A DNA stretch of 64,000 nt, taken from the NCBI GenBank assembly GCA_965662895.1, contig CBFIJH010000002.1, positions 148,125 to 212,124 on the forward strand, in the 5' to 3' direction. The translations under genes were made by a program, and so were the position numbers. Under the pieces are notes generated by a model. The model made no database searches, was not told the origin of the DNA, and saw nothing but the letters and a program-made list of their open reading frames with translations. Positions 36,395 to 46,573 of the stretch are shown here, piece after piece (the first letter of the stretch is position 1; the number at the start of each line of letters is the position of its first letter). The DNA is from Candidatus Poseidoniaceae archaeon (GTDB lineage Archaea > Thermoplasmatota > Poseidoniia > Poseidoniales > Poseidoniaceae).

Positions 36395-39300
36395 ATGCTA
36401 GAAAATCGAAACAAAATCACTCGACGACCAAATGCCTTCAAATCACTTCTGCTTGTATTTCTCATGGTGATGAGTACAACGCTAGCGATGATGATTCCTT
36501 CAGAGTGGGAACAAGAAGAAACGGTAATTGATGTCGAATACCGATCGATGCAGAGCACTCCAGCACTCCAATCCATGGACCAAGCAGGTCAGGGTGAATA
36601 CGAAGGTGCAACAGAGTTCCACTCAGAAGACATCCACCCTGCATTGCGCGACATCATGTGGGCTGACCCTGGCGTTTCATCGGGAATTATCACCGATTTA
36701 GCGGCTGTTGAAGCAATTATGTCTTCAAACAACTTCCTTGTCGAAGAGTCCAACCGGAACGACCACGATAACGACGGAATCAGTGATTTGTACGACCTTG
36801 ATGATGACAATGATGGAATTTACGACCTCATTGAGCGATTTGACGGATGTTATGGAACAGATCCTTTCGACCACGATAACGATGGGATTCTTGATATCGA
36901 CGATTATGATGATGACAACGATGGGATTCTCGAAGGGCCAATCGACTATGCAGCCCTTGAAGCGCAAGGATATGACCCACTGAACGTCTCTACCGACCGT
37001 TTCGTTGTTTCAACAACCGTCCATCCATGGGCGAATGTACAAGTCGGCGACTTCTATCTTGCTGACCAGAACCCCTTCGACCACGACAATGACGGTGTAA
37101 CCGACGAAGACAGCGATGGCTCGGGCGCAGGCCGCTTCGATGAAGATGACGATAACGATGGCCGTATCGATCAATTTACTTGGCCGTGTGATTTTGACTC
37201 CGATGGTCTCATGGATTATTTCGATCCGGATGACGATAACGATAACGTAGCTGATGTTGACGATTCCCACCCATACGACGCCAGCATTACGACAAGCAAT
37301 GCCGCAGCTGGAAACCTCTTCAATGCACCAGTTCCGTGGGATTTTGTCAACTATCGTGACTACTCCGGAGGCGTCAATTACGTGACATGGGAAGCTGCAC
37401 GTGTCAATGCTGATGGCCAAGGAGCAGGTTCTGAGGGCGCACAGGGCACTCCTGCGTTTACCAACATCGTTGATGGTGACTTGGATGGAGATGGTATTCC
37501 AAACTTCCTTGACCCGGATAACGACGATGATGGGACTCCTGACTCTGCAGATACCGATGATGATGACGATGGAATCCTCGATATGTTTGATCCAGATGAC
37601 GATAATGACGGAATACCGGATACGTGCGTCAATGTTGACAACAATGGTGATGGGCTCGGGGATTATACTCGTGAAGACGATTCACCGTATCAAACTCCAG
37701 GAGGCGACACCGATAGCAAATCTGGTCTTGATTGCGAAATTGACTATGACCAAGACCTCGATGATGACCGACTCCGGCCATTCGACCAAAACTACAACGG
37801 AGTCTATGACTGGCTCGACCCAGAACTCGGAGGAACGACAAGCCCAGATAATCTAGGCAATGTTTTGGTGAGTGGCGATGCAACAAATTTCGAGTACGAC
37901 CTTGATGACGATAACATCGACAACGAAAACGACAGCTTCCCCCTTGACAAGGCTTCGGATGTGATTGCATGGAATTGCCCTACTTCTTCGAACCCTAATC
38001 CACTCAACCCCGACCCAAGATGTCAAACCCGCCGTGCTTCGCACGCACAGTTCAATGACTGGGACGGAGACGGTGTCCTAAATTGGGAAGATATCGATGA
38101 TGACAATGACGGAATCATTGACATTCTTGACATTGACTGGGATTGTGACCTTGACAATGATGGCGACCTCCATTCCCTCAACGGTGCGCTGTATCGCGAC
38201 GATGGTCCGAATGCAGTTGACTCCGACATCGATGGCGACGGTCTCGAAAACGACATCGACTGGGATGATGACAACGATGGTCTCTCTGACCTTTTCGATC
38301 CTGATGATGGAAACTGTGGGCTGGTCGACCCCGATCTCAATGATGCCTTCCAAACACCTTTCTATCCTGTCGGCGACCTCGGCTCGCTCGACGGAAGCGC
38401 TGACAATCAAGATTACACCACAAACATTGATTCGTACTGGGCAATGGTATTCTGGCACAATCCGTTTTCAGACATGATGATTGATTACAATGGATACGAC
38501 AGTACAACCAACCCACCAACGCCTGGAAACGTTCCAGAATTCTACTGGTTCCTATTCGCTCGCTGGTCCTCATACAATGGAGGAAACGAATGGGATATCG
38601 ACAGTGATGGAGACTCTCTCATCAACGGTCTTGACATCGATCAGGATGCCGACGGTCTTCCAGATTGGTGGGACCAAGATGAAGGAAACGATGGAATTAT
38701 GGATGTCAATGACGTTAAGCTAGGTGGAACCTTCAATATGAGTATCTGCGGACATACCGTTGGTAATCTCGGCCAAGGATTCGTCTGCGGTTACTCCTAT
38801 GCTATTGCTTATCAAATGCCTCTCAACGGTGTGACGGCTCAATTCGGCCTACCCTATTCGACACGCCCAGATGCTGCTGTTGATCAAGGCGCCACAGCTG
38901 GCGGGGTATCAGGCAACTGGTCGTGTACTCCTGGAGCACAGGGTGGCTGCTGGCACTACGACTTCGGAGGCGACGGCGTAATTGATTCAGCGATTTCCTT
39001 TACACAGATGCAAAACAACCGAGATGCGTTCGTAACGTGGATTGGGTTAACGACTGGCATTTGGCAGTGGAACTCAGACAACGGTCCCGATGCTGACTTC
39101 CCAGACGAATTGGGTGCTGATTTGGACAAGAACGATGCCGACGGCGACGTCGATGGGGATTTCTTCAACAACACAATCGACCTCGACGACGATTACGATT
39201 CCATCTTTGATTGGTTTGATGTCGATGACGATAACGATGGTCTATGGGATTATTTCGAAATCGATTCCAACGATGATCTTGATGATGATACAGGTCAGAA

Positions 39301-42300
39301 CAATGGCAATTTCTTCTCAGGAACGAACTGTGTCGATAACGATGATGACGGAAACGATGCAGATGCTGATGGTGACGGGTTTTACCAAGCAGTTTGGGAC
39401 CGAGGCCAAATGACATTAGGTCTACAACAACCGAAGGTTTACGATGTTGACAACGATAACGACGGCGTACCCGATGGAGAAGACCCAGATGACGACAACA
39501 ACGGCATTCTTGATGGGGATCAAGAACTGCTTGCCGGCTGTTTCTGGGGTGAAGAACAATCCACATGGGATCACGATAACGATGGTATTGTCAATTGGGC
39601 GGATGATGATTGGGATGGCGATGGTCTTTCGAACACGGAGGAACTTGCTGTCTCCCTAACACGAGCTTTTGACCATGACAACGACGGTGACCGTGATGAT
39701 ATCGATGTTGATGACGATCAAGATGGTATGCATGACGAAGATGAAATTATGCTTTGGCCGGAGCGATTCAACCGCAATTCAACCAATCCATGGGACCATG
39801 ATGACTTTGGTGGAGGAGAAGCACTTGCTAACCCGAACGATTTGACCACTGGTCCAGACGTCAACGATACCGATGACGACAATGATTCGCGCAACGACCT
39901 TGACCACGACCATCTCGAAGAGGGCTTTGCACCTGACCCCCCATGCCAGGCTGCCACCTCATCCGATTGGGACCATGACAATGACTGTGTCCTTGATGAG
40001 GATGATAAGGCGCTGACGTTCATCACATTGGATCTTCCAGGTAACTTGTGGCTTGATGCACGAAGTCCAGCGATTTTCAGCGGACAAGTTGAGTGGATTA
40101 ACCCAATCTCCGGAGTCCGAGAAAACGCAAGTGGCCTACCGGTGCAAATTCACATCGAATGGGCGGACAACGGCACAACTGCTATTGAAACGACCAATAT
40201 TCTGTCCGATCAAAACGGACAATTCTCTGTCGGACAATTCCTTTATCCTGAAGACATTGTTGTAGGTGACAACACCACATACAAGGTATACGCAGTTGTG
40301 ACTGAGATGTTCGCGTTTAACGGAGCAACATCCTCCGATTATCTTGTTGGGGTTGAAGCGAATATGACGATCGACCCGAGCAGTAACAACTGGGAATACT
40401 TCCGTAGTGATGAACAACAACTCTGGTTGGAATTTTATTCGTACTACGCTGCCGATTATGAGCGAGGAATTTACTCCAATCCGATTCCATATGCTCCGGT
40501 AACCTTCTCCTTCTACGGTGGATTGTTTGGCAACCTTACCCATCCAACAAATTTCACCAACTTTGATGGTAATGGATACCGTGCGAACTCATTTGGTCTC
40601 ACATCTGTTTCCTTCGAGCAAATTGGAGGCGCTAGCGGCGTATGGAAACAGGTTCAATTCAATTCAACCATGGATAACGGGCCGGGTAAAGCTCCCGGCG
40701 GTCTTGAAGAGATTATTTGGAACAACAACACAAAGATGCACGATATTGTTCAAACCAATGGCCTTTCAGATCAGTATGTCCGCGTAAACACGAGTTTACC
40801 GAAAGGCGATTACAATTACATCGGACGAGTTCAGCCGGAACTTGCAACCGAATACCCGTTCCCATTCTTGCATGGTGACGAAGATGACAATGCCCGTTCG
40901 ATGCGTGTCATGCACCGCATGAACATCGATGGTACAATGACTTTCGAAGGCGTTCATCCAATCACTTTCTTTGATGCAACCATCAACAACGGAGATGGAA
41001 CCTTTGGAAACTGGCGCTATCTTTACCACGGGCCAGCGTTAACAGAAGCGGGCTTGGACTACAACGAGATTTCCGCCTACAAAGCCTACAGCATGTTATG
41101 GGATGGAACAATGAACATGACAACAAACAAGCCAATGTTCACCGGTGAAGCCGAGGATATTGTCGATTTCGTTGACGTCAATTCAACGCACTGGTTCATC
41201 AAGCTGGTCAATGGCGGAGATGGTGACCTACCGCCTTGTGGCCAAGTCGACCCAACAGACCCTGAAAGTCCGGTACGGTGTGAAATCGTGCCTGAAATGG
41301 ATACTGGTTCTTCGATTGAATTGACTGGTTCAGTAACGAATCGATCTTTGGTACCATGGACCGTCGAACCAGTCGCCGTGCAACTTGACAAAGACAAGAA
41401 CGGAATTTTCAGCAGTGGCGGAGAAACGCAATTCACCCAGAAACCAAACTGTATGGATGCCCAAAACAACAGAATCCCAATGCAGAGCATTGACGACGAA
41501 ACCGAGTGCACAACGAAGGGAGGCATCGTTGCAGAATACGACTATGATTTCACCTGGGAGAGTCAGTATTCTTCCGGAACGTATGGAATGCGCGTCGACT
41601 TCACGAACTCCGGTTATTATTTCACTGGCAATTCGACGGCACTCGCAACAACTGGTGCGTACATCAACGTTACAGTGGTTGGAACAACATCGTTTGAATT
41701 GACTTCCATTGCACGACTTTACCGAAACACAAACACATCGATTCAGGCACGACTTGTTGACAATTCATTGCAGCCGGTTCGAGAAGCACCTGTGAACTAT
41801 ACCTGGTCCTTCGATGGCCGAACGGAAACAAGCTACACGGACACAAACGGCTTCTTTGAAATGCCTTTCAACATTACAGCAGAAGATGACTTGGGTCTGT
41901 TCTCATTGTCGTTTGAATATGAGGGGACGCCACTGCTCAAACCAAGCAGTGCAATCCAAGATGTGTGGGTCGTATCTCGAACTTACCTTTCGGTTGTATC
42001 GACCGATGGGAATCGACGTCAATCGGGTGACTTGTGGGATTTCACCGCTCAAGTCAAGGATGATAACAAGACCTTGGAATACGATACGGGCGGCCGAGAC
42101 CTTGACGGAGAAACCGCTCCGAATGGCGGTTTGGTCGATGTTATCTTTGAGGGAACCGACTTCGATAACGTTCAGCACCGACAAGTTGTCGCAACACTTG
42201 CGCCTTCTGCCGGTGTCATTTCACTACCAGAAACTCAACCAGATAGTTCTCACCTCTGTTATTACGACGGTAACGACGACGGGTTCGCCGATCGTGATTT

Positions 42301-44332
42301 GAACCAAGATGGTGAACTTGACCGACTTGAAGCAGTTGGCTGTCTCAAGGCAGATATTAGCCCACTATCACCGACAAACCTGCGAGCCGACCCGGACTCT
42401 TTCCTACCTGACGGCTTCGGACCGGTCAATGTTATTCTGCGATTTGAGGAATCTCTTCCGAACGAAGGATGTGCGCCGCTTGATGCCAGCTACCTTGGCC
42501 TCCAAGGCCAGTGGGATCCATGCGCCAATGTTCCTGGTAACAACCACTATCGGACCGTAATGACCTACAATGCGAACGGCTTCTCATTGATTGGACGAAC
42601 ATCTCTGTCGGTTGACGATCAAATCGTCTACACAAGCGAAGTCGATTCTGTTACAGGATTGGTTGTTCCCAAACCAATGGTCGTCACTGGTCAACTCACT
42701 GACGAACTCGGAGAAGTCCTCGCAGGAAGAACCATCCGTGTAAGTTATGAAATGGTAAACGGGCAAAGCGGACCAGTCAACTGTAACGCTGCAGTAACGG
42801 ATGCCGATGGAAACTATTCCATCACGTGTCCGCTTTCTGACGCATTGGCAGGGAAAACGAAAGTAACTGTTTCCTACTCGTCTTATGACAACAATGATGC
42901 ATTCCGCTACGACAACAAGACCGTTCAAACAGAGTTTGATGTGTTTTCAAATTCGACCCTAGCCATTACCGAGGTTGGGCCGTTCAAGTCCAGTGTAGAT
43001 ACCTACGCAGTTGATGGAATTCCTTATCCTGTACTCTACCTGAAGGAATCTTTCCATATTGACGCATTACTGACGCAGAGCAATGGCCAGGCTGTCGGTG
43101 GAAAGTGTCTCAACATTTACCTCGACCCGGAAGAGAATGTACGCCCGATTGCGACCATCCGAACAAACGACCTTGACGGAACGGTTGAATGGTTCAGTGG
43201 CGATCCATTGCAAAATCCAACGCTACGTGGTGTTGAATTAACAGGTGGCAAGAAGGAAGGTTTCCGAACGCTGAAGGTTGCATTTGAGCCAGATTTCAAT
43301 GTTCCAGGCGGATGCGATAAAGACGTTGAAAACGTCCTGAATGGATCGGAAGTCGAGATGCAAGTCCTTGTCCGCTCTCGCGTTGATTTGCAAGTTGAAA
43401 CCAACTGGTACTATGGCGCAGAAGCGGGCGTACCTGAAGGCACACTCATTGTCGGAGAAGTTGCACTCTTGCGCGACCGACTCGACATCGCCATCGAAAA
43501 TGAAGAAATCCAATTCATCCGACAATATCGCAATGAATCTGGTGCTTGGGTGACCATGAGTGCAGCTACAAACAAGACCATTACCAACGAACAAGGAATC
43601 GCGCGATTCGAATGGTCATTCGATGGGCGCTCTTGCGATGGGGTTGAGTGCAGCGGTGAATGGCAGGTCATTGCAGTGTATGCTGGAAGTCAAAACTTCC
43701 AAGCATCGCCGAACAACATTTCGTTCGCTGTGGATTACAAGGCTGCGACTGTTGCCGAGGAGAAAGGCTTCTTTAGCCCGGAGAATGCGATGGCGTTCAG
43801 TATCGTTCTCATGGCCTTGCTGGTTGCGAGCGCATTGTATTACCGACGCGTGATGAGTCGACGGCAAGTTCAGTCACTACGTGGAATCCTCACGGATACG
43901 ATGATGCAGCTAGAAGCAAGCAATGAATACATCAAGATCATCTTCGATTGTTACAAGAACCTAGTACGCCACTTCCGCAAGTACGGCTTCATGAAGAAGG
44001 TTTACGAAACAACTCGTGAATTTGAAGCGGCGGTTCGTGCAGCGTTCAACATGGTTCCTCCACAGCAACTGGATGCATTCTTGACCATCTTCGAAGAAGC
44101 GCGATATTCCGATCACAACATTGGTGTCATGCAACGTGACCAAGCGATATCAACGCTAGGAGCCATCACGACCTCCATTACCAGTGCAATGGGTGAGGAA
44201 GGACAGGTCAAGCGCTACGAAGCAACTGGTCTCTACGAGAAGCAAACGAAGGCTGGCGAGTTTGTCGCAGCAGACGGCTCAGTCCGACAAGCTGGAATTG
44301 TTGAAGGCGAATCCACAGATTTCAAGATTTGA
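36395..44332 (+). CDS. Giant (2645 aa) membrane-anchored surface protein: TSP3-like/DHDNDG repeats, Ig-like stalk, TM, cytoplasmic DUF4129-like domain
   Basis: N-terminal signal/TM; ~1100 aa of DxDNDG repeats; beta-rich modules; TM AFSIVLMALLVASALYY; ETTREF...FLTIFEEARYSDH matches the DUF4129 pattern. Confidence 0.87.
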   Translation: MLENRNKITRRPNAFKSLLLVFLMVMSTTLAMMIPSEWEQEETVIDVEYRSMQSTPALQSMDQAGQGEYEGATEFHSEDIHPALRDIMWADPGVSSGIITDLAAVEAIMSSNNFLVEESNRNDHDNDGISDLYDLDDDNDGIYDLIERFDGCYGTDPFDHDNDGILDIDDYDDDNDGILEGPIDYAALEAQGYDPLNVSTDRFVVSTTVHPWANVQVGDFYLADQNPFDHDNDGVTDEDSDGSGAGRFDEDDDNDGRIDQFTWPCDFDSDGLMDYFDPDDDNDNVADVDDSHPYDASITTSNAAAGNLFNAPVPWDFVNYRDYSGGVNYVTWEAARVNADGQGAGSEGAQGTPAFTNIVDGDLDGDGIPNFLDPDNDDDGTPDSADTDDDDDGILDMFDPDDDNDGIPDTCVNVDNNGDGLGDYTREDDSPYQTPGGDTDSKSGLDCEIDYDQDLDDDRLRPFDQNYNGVYDWLDPELGGTTSPDNLGNVLVSGDATNFEYDLDDDNIDNENDSFPLDKASDVIAWNCPTSSNPNPLNPDPRCQTRRASHAQFNDWDGDGVLNWEDIDDDNDGIIDILDIDWDCDLDNDGDLHSLNGALYRDDGPNAVDSDIDGDGLENDIDWDDDNDGLSDLFDPDDGNCGLVDPDLNDAFQTPFYPVGDLGSLDGSADNQDYTTNIDSYWAMVFWHNPFSDMMIDYNGYDSTTNPPTPGNVPEFYWFLFARWSSYNGGNEWDIDSDGDSLINGLDIDQDADGLPDWWDQDEGNDGIMDVNDVKLGGTFNMSICGHTVGNLGQGFVCGYSYAIAYQMPLNGVTAQFGLPYSTRPDAAVDQGATAGGVSGNWSCTPGAQGGCWHYDFGGDGVIDSAISFTQMQNNRDAFVTWIGLTTGIWQWNSDNGPDADFPDELGADLDKNDADGDVDGDFFNNTIDLDDDYDSIFDWFDVDDDNDGLWDYFEIDSNDDLDDDTGQNNGNFFSGTNCVDNDDDGNDADADGDGFYQAVWDRGQMTLGLQQPKVYDVDNDNDGVPDGEDPDDDNNGILDGDQELLAGCFWGEEQSTWDHDNDGIVNWADDDWDGDGLSNTEELAVSLTRAFDHDNDGDRDDIDVDDDQDGMHDEDEIMLWPERFNRNSTNPWDHDDFGGGEALANPNDLTTGPDVNDTDDDNDSRNDLDHDHLEEGFAPDPPCQAATSSDWDHDNDCVLDEDDKALTFITLDLPGNLWLDARSPAIFSGQVEWINPISGVRENASGLPVQIHIEWADNGTTAIETTNILSDQNGQFSVGQFLYPEDIVVGDNTTYKVYAVVTEMFAFNGATSSDYLVGVEANMTIDPSSNNWEYFRSDEQQLWLEFYSYYAADYERGIYSNPIPYAPVTFSFYGGLFGNLTHPTNFTNFDGNGYRANSFGLTSVSFEQIGGASGVWKQVQFNSTMDNGPGKAPGGLEEIIWNNNTKMHDIVQTNGLSDQYVRVNTSLPKGDYNYIGRVQPELATEYPFPFLHGDEDDNARSMRVMHRMNIDGTMTFEGVHPITFFDATINNGDGTFGNWRYLYHGPALTEAGLDYNEISAYKAYSMLWDGTMNMTTNKPMFTGEAEDIVDFVDVNSTHWFIKLVNGGDGDLPPCGQVDPTDPESPVRCEIVPEMDTGSSIELTGSVTNRSLVPWTVEPVAVQLDKDKNGIFSSGGETQFTQKPNCMDAQNNRIPMQSIDDETECTTKGGIVAEYDYDFTWESQYSSGTYGMRVDFTNSGYYFTGNSTALATTGAYINVTVVGTTSFELTSIARLYRNTNTSIQARLVDNSLQPVREAPVNYTWSFDGRTETSYTDTNGFFEMPFNITAEDDLGLFSLSFEYEGTPLLKPSSAIQDVWVVSRTYLSVVSTDGNRRQSGDLWDFTAQVKDDNKTLEYDTGGRDLDGETAPNGGLVDVIFEGTDFDNVQHRQVVATLAPSAGVISLPETQPDSSHLCYYDGNDDGFADRDLNQDGELDRLEAVGCLKADISPLSPTNLRADPDSFLPDGFGPVNVILRFEESLPNEGCAPLDASYLGLQGQWDPCANVPGNNHYRTVMTYNANGFSLIGRTSLSVDDQIVYTSEVDSVTGLVVPKPMVVTGQLTDELGEVLAGRTIRVSYEMVNGQSGPVNCNAAVTDADGNYSITCPLSDALAGKTKVTVSYSSYDNNDAFRYDNKTVQTEFDVFSNSTLAITEVGPFKSSVDTYAVDGIPYPVLYLKESFHIDALLTQSNGQAVGGKCLNIYLDPEENVRPIATIRTNDLDGTVEWFSGDPLQNPTLRGVELTGGKKEGFRTLKVAFEPDFNVPGGCDKDVENVLNGSEVEMQVLVRSRVDLQVETNWYYGAEAGVPEGTLIVGEVALLRDRLDIAIENEEIQFIRQYRNESGAWVTMSAATNKTITNEQGIARFEWSFDGRSCDGVECSGEWQVIAVYAGSQNFQASPNNISFAVDYKAATVAEEKGFFSPENAMAFSIVLMALLVASALYYRRVMSRRQVQSLRGILTDTMMQLEASNEYIKIIFDCYKNLVRHFRKYGFMKKVYETTREFEAAVRAAFNMVPPQQLDAFLTIFEEARYSDHNIGVMQRDQAISTLGAITTSITSAMGEEGQVKRYEATGLYEKQTKAGEFVAADGSVRQAGIVEGESTDFKI

Positions 44333-44402
44333 TTGTTGAATCTGTTGCACTGAAAGTTGGTTCAGGCCAACCTTCAAGGGCAGGAGGCGCTCTCGCATAG
44401 CC

Positions 44403-44846
44403 ATGGAAGACTGGAAGTTACTCATCGACCAAGCCATGCAAGTTGAAACGAACAACACGATTGAAGCGCACAAAATCTACGGTGATGCCGTCCGTTCTGC
44501 TCTTGCTCAAACCCAGATGTTGTTGGGCGATCTCGAAGCTGCACAAGTCATCGAAGCACTCTACGGAGCTCTTGTCGCTTACTCCCAACAGGTCATGTTG
44601 CGCATGAAGGCAGAAGATCCAGAAGTCGGAGGCGTTGACCATGCATTCCGTGCCGGACAGGCCTATGGAGTCTCATGTGTTCTTAACCATCTCATCGATC
44701 AATTGACCGATGTAGCTGGAATCACAGCACTCGGAGCGCTGGATGATTTCTCTGATACACTCCATGACGAAATCATCATTCAAGGCCGGGCTGCAGGCTT
44801 GACTGTGGAATTGCTCGATGCGAAGGGCGAGATTCTGCTCGAATAG
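44403..44846 (+). CDS. Hypothetical all-alpha acidic protein
   Basis: 147-aa ORF filling the gap, codon usage like its neighbours; no recognised motif. Confidence 0.7.
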   Translation: MEDWKLLIDQAMQVETNNTIEAHKIYGDAVRSALAQTQMLLGDLEAAQVIEALYGALVAYSQQVMLRMKAEDPEVGGVDHAFRAGQAYGVSCVLNHLIDQLTDVAGITALGALDDFSDTLHDEIIIQGRAAGLTVELLDAKGEILLE

Positions 44847-44921
44847 ACCCTGTATTCGCGTCGGTGCCTTCATAACGGGTTGGTTGGTCGCGAGACTGCC
44901 TCAAAGCATCGAGGGAGTCAT

Positions 44922-45287
44922 ATGAGCAAGCCAACACGAAAGACAAACGCTGATTTGGTCGGCCTAATCGACCAACTGAAAGCCCAGTCTCGTGACACCG
45001 GAGCTGCACTATGGCGAGATGTTGCTCAGCGCCTCTCAAAGAGTCGCAAGAACTGGGCTCAACCAAACCTAAGCCGCGTAACACGTTACGCTCCAGAAGG
45101 TGCGACAATTCTCGTACCAGGAAAACTGCTGGGATCTGGTGAAGTTACAGGAAACCGCACCATCGCCGCCTACAGTGTTAGTTCCAGTGCACGAGCCAAG
45201 ATTGAAGCCGCAGGTGGGCGCGTTCTCACCTATGGTGAATTGATGAACGAAAATCCAAACGGAAACGGGGTGATTATCCTTGGATGA
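44922..45287 (+). CDS. rpl18e: 50S ribosomal protein L18e
   Basis: RKTN..L..LI..L, LWRDVAQRL, NLSRV, VPGKLLGSG, SARAKIEAAGG. Confidence 0.95.
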   Translation: MSKPTRKTNADLVGLIDQLKAQSRDTGAALWRDVAQRLSKSRKNWAQPNLSRVTRYAPEGATILVPGKLLGSGEVTGNRTIAAYSVSSSARAKIEAAGGRVLTYGELMNENPNGNGVIILG

Positions 45288-45768
45288 AGCAACCACTTAC
45301 GTTTTTGACGCGGATGGCCTCGTCCTTGGACGTCTCGCCTCCGCAGTCGCAGATTTGCTTCTCAAGTCTGCACGTTCAGACCGTGATGACAAGGTCGTTA
45401 TCATCAACGCTGAGAAAGCCGTTGTAACCGGAAGTTCACGTTCTGTTCTACAAAACTATCACGACAAGTATGCACTGAATCACGCACGCAAGGGGCCTTA
45501 CTTCCCACGTATGCCAGACATGATTCTGAAGCGAACAGTCCGCGGCATGCTTCCGTACCAACGAAAGAGCAGCGGTCGACGCGCTCTACGCAACCTACGG
45601 GTTGAGATCGGCTGTCCTTCGCACCTTGCCTCAGACCTACCAGAAGGGCACGTTGCAGGTGACGCAAGCAAGATTCGCAAATCATTGCCGGAGAGTTTCG
45701 TCAGATTGGGCGACATCAGTGCAAGCCTCGGTGCGCCAGCGCATCGATGGACTGGAGGTGAACAATGA
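45280..45768 (+). CDS. rpl13: 50S ribosomal protein uL13 (TTG start)
   Basis: DADGLVLGRLAS, INAEKAVVTG, GPYFPRMPD.ILKRTVRGMLP. Confidence 0.96.
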   Translation: MDEATTYVFDADGLVLGRLASAVADLLLKSARSDRDDKVVIINAEKAVVTGSSRSVLQNYHDKYALNHARKGPYFPRMPDMILKRTVRGMLPYQRKSSGRRALRNLRVEIGCPSHLASDLPEGHVAGDASKIRKSLPESFVRLGDISASLGAPAHRWTGGEQ

Positions 45769-46199
45769 TGGCACGAAAGAAGAAATCCGTTGAAAGTTCA
45801 GGAAAGCGTAAGACTGCGATTGCACGAGCCTCCGTTAAAGCAGGCAAAGGGCGAGTCCGTGTCAACAGCGAACCAATTGAAATTCTCCAACCTTCGCTTG
45901 CACGGCGCAAGGCCATGGAACCACTCATCATTGCAGACGCTATGAATCGATTATCAAAGGTTGACATTAATTTGACAACCATCGGAGGTGGCATTATGGG
46001 CCAATCAGACGCGATCCGAACTGCTATTGCACGTGGACTTGTTCACTACAATGGTGGAGCAGAAGGCCTAGATGAAGAACTTCGAGATGAATTCTTGCGA
46101 TTCGATCGTAGCCTATTGGTCAACGATCCACGTCGTAAGGAACCGAAGCACCAACTTGGTCGCGGTGCTCGTCGCAAGAAGCAAAAGTCGTATCGATGA
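45765..46199 (+). CDS. rps9: 30S ribosomal protein uS9
   Basis: GKRKTAIARA, GGGIMGQ, DPRRKEPK, GARRKKQKSYR. Confidence 0.97.
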   Translation: MMARKKKSVESSGKRKTAIARASVKAGKGRVRVNSEPIEILQPSLARRKAMEPLIIADAMNRLSKVDINLTTIGGGIMGQSDAIRTAIARGLVHYNGGAEGLDEELRDEFLRFDRSLLVNDPRRKEPKHQLGRGARRKKQKSYR

Positions 46200-46211
46200 G
46201 GTGTAAAAGAA

Positions 46212-46415
46212 ATGATTATTCCAATCCGTTGTTTTAGCTGTGGTTCCGTAATTGCTCACAAGTGGGATGAGTTCAACAATAAAATTGCAGAAGGCACGAA
46301 TGTTGATCAAGCACTTGATGACATTGGTCTTGAGCGATATTGTTGTCGACGCATGTACGTTGGACACATCGATTTAATCGAAGAGATTGTCCCGTTCAGC
46401 GCTCATCACAAGTGA
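46212..46415 (+). CDS. rpoN: DNA-directed RNA polymerase subunit N (Rpo10)
   Basis: MIIPIRCFSCG...LERYCCRRM. Confidence 0.97.
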   Translation: MIIPIRCFSCGSVIAHKWDEFNNKIAEGTNVDQALDDIGLERYCCRRMYVGHIDLIEEIVPFSAHHK

Positions 46416-46425
46416 GGAGATTCAC

Positions 46426-46500
46426 GGGCCTGTGGGTTAGCTTGGCCTATACTTGGCGGCTGGGGGCCGTCAGACCCCAGTTCAAATCTGGGCAGGCCCA
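46426..46500 (+). tRNA. tRNA-Pro(GGG), CCA not encoded
   Basis: GGGCCTG...GGCGG-CT-GGG-GG-CCGTC...CCCAGTTCAAATCTGGG-CAGGCCC-A; usual position after rpoN. Confidence 0.93.
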
Positions 46501-46573
46501 CTCCTCGCAAGTTTCTTGTTTTCTTGAGACCGATATGCCTTGCATTGATATGGCTTGAATGCTAGCATATTGC

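Noticed and set aside
19271-46500. Integrated element at tRNA-Leu, tRNA-Cys or tRNA-Pro
   Set aside because: No integrase or transposase seen, and I noticed no duplicated tRNA 3' end.
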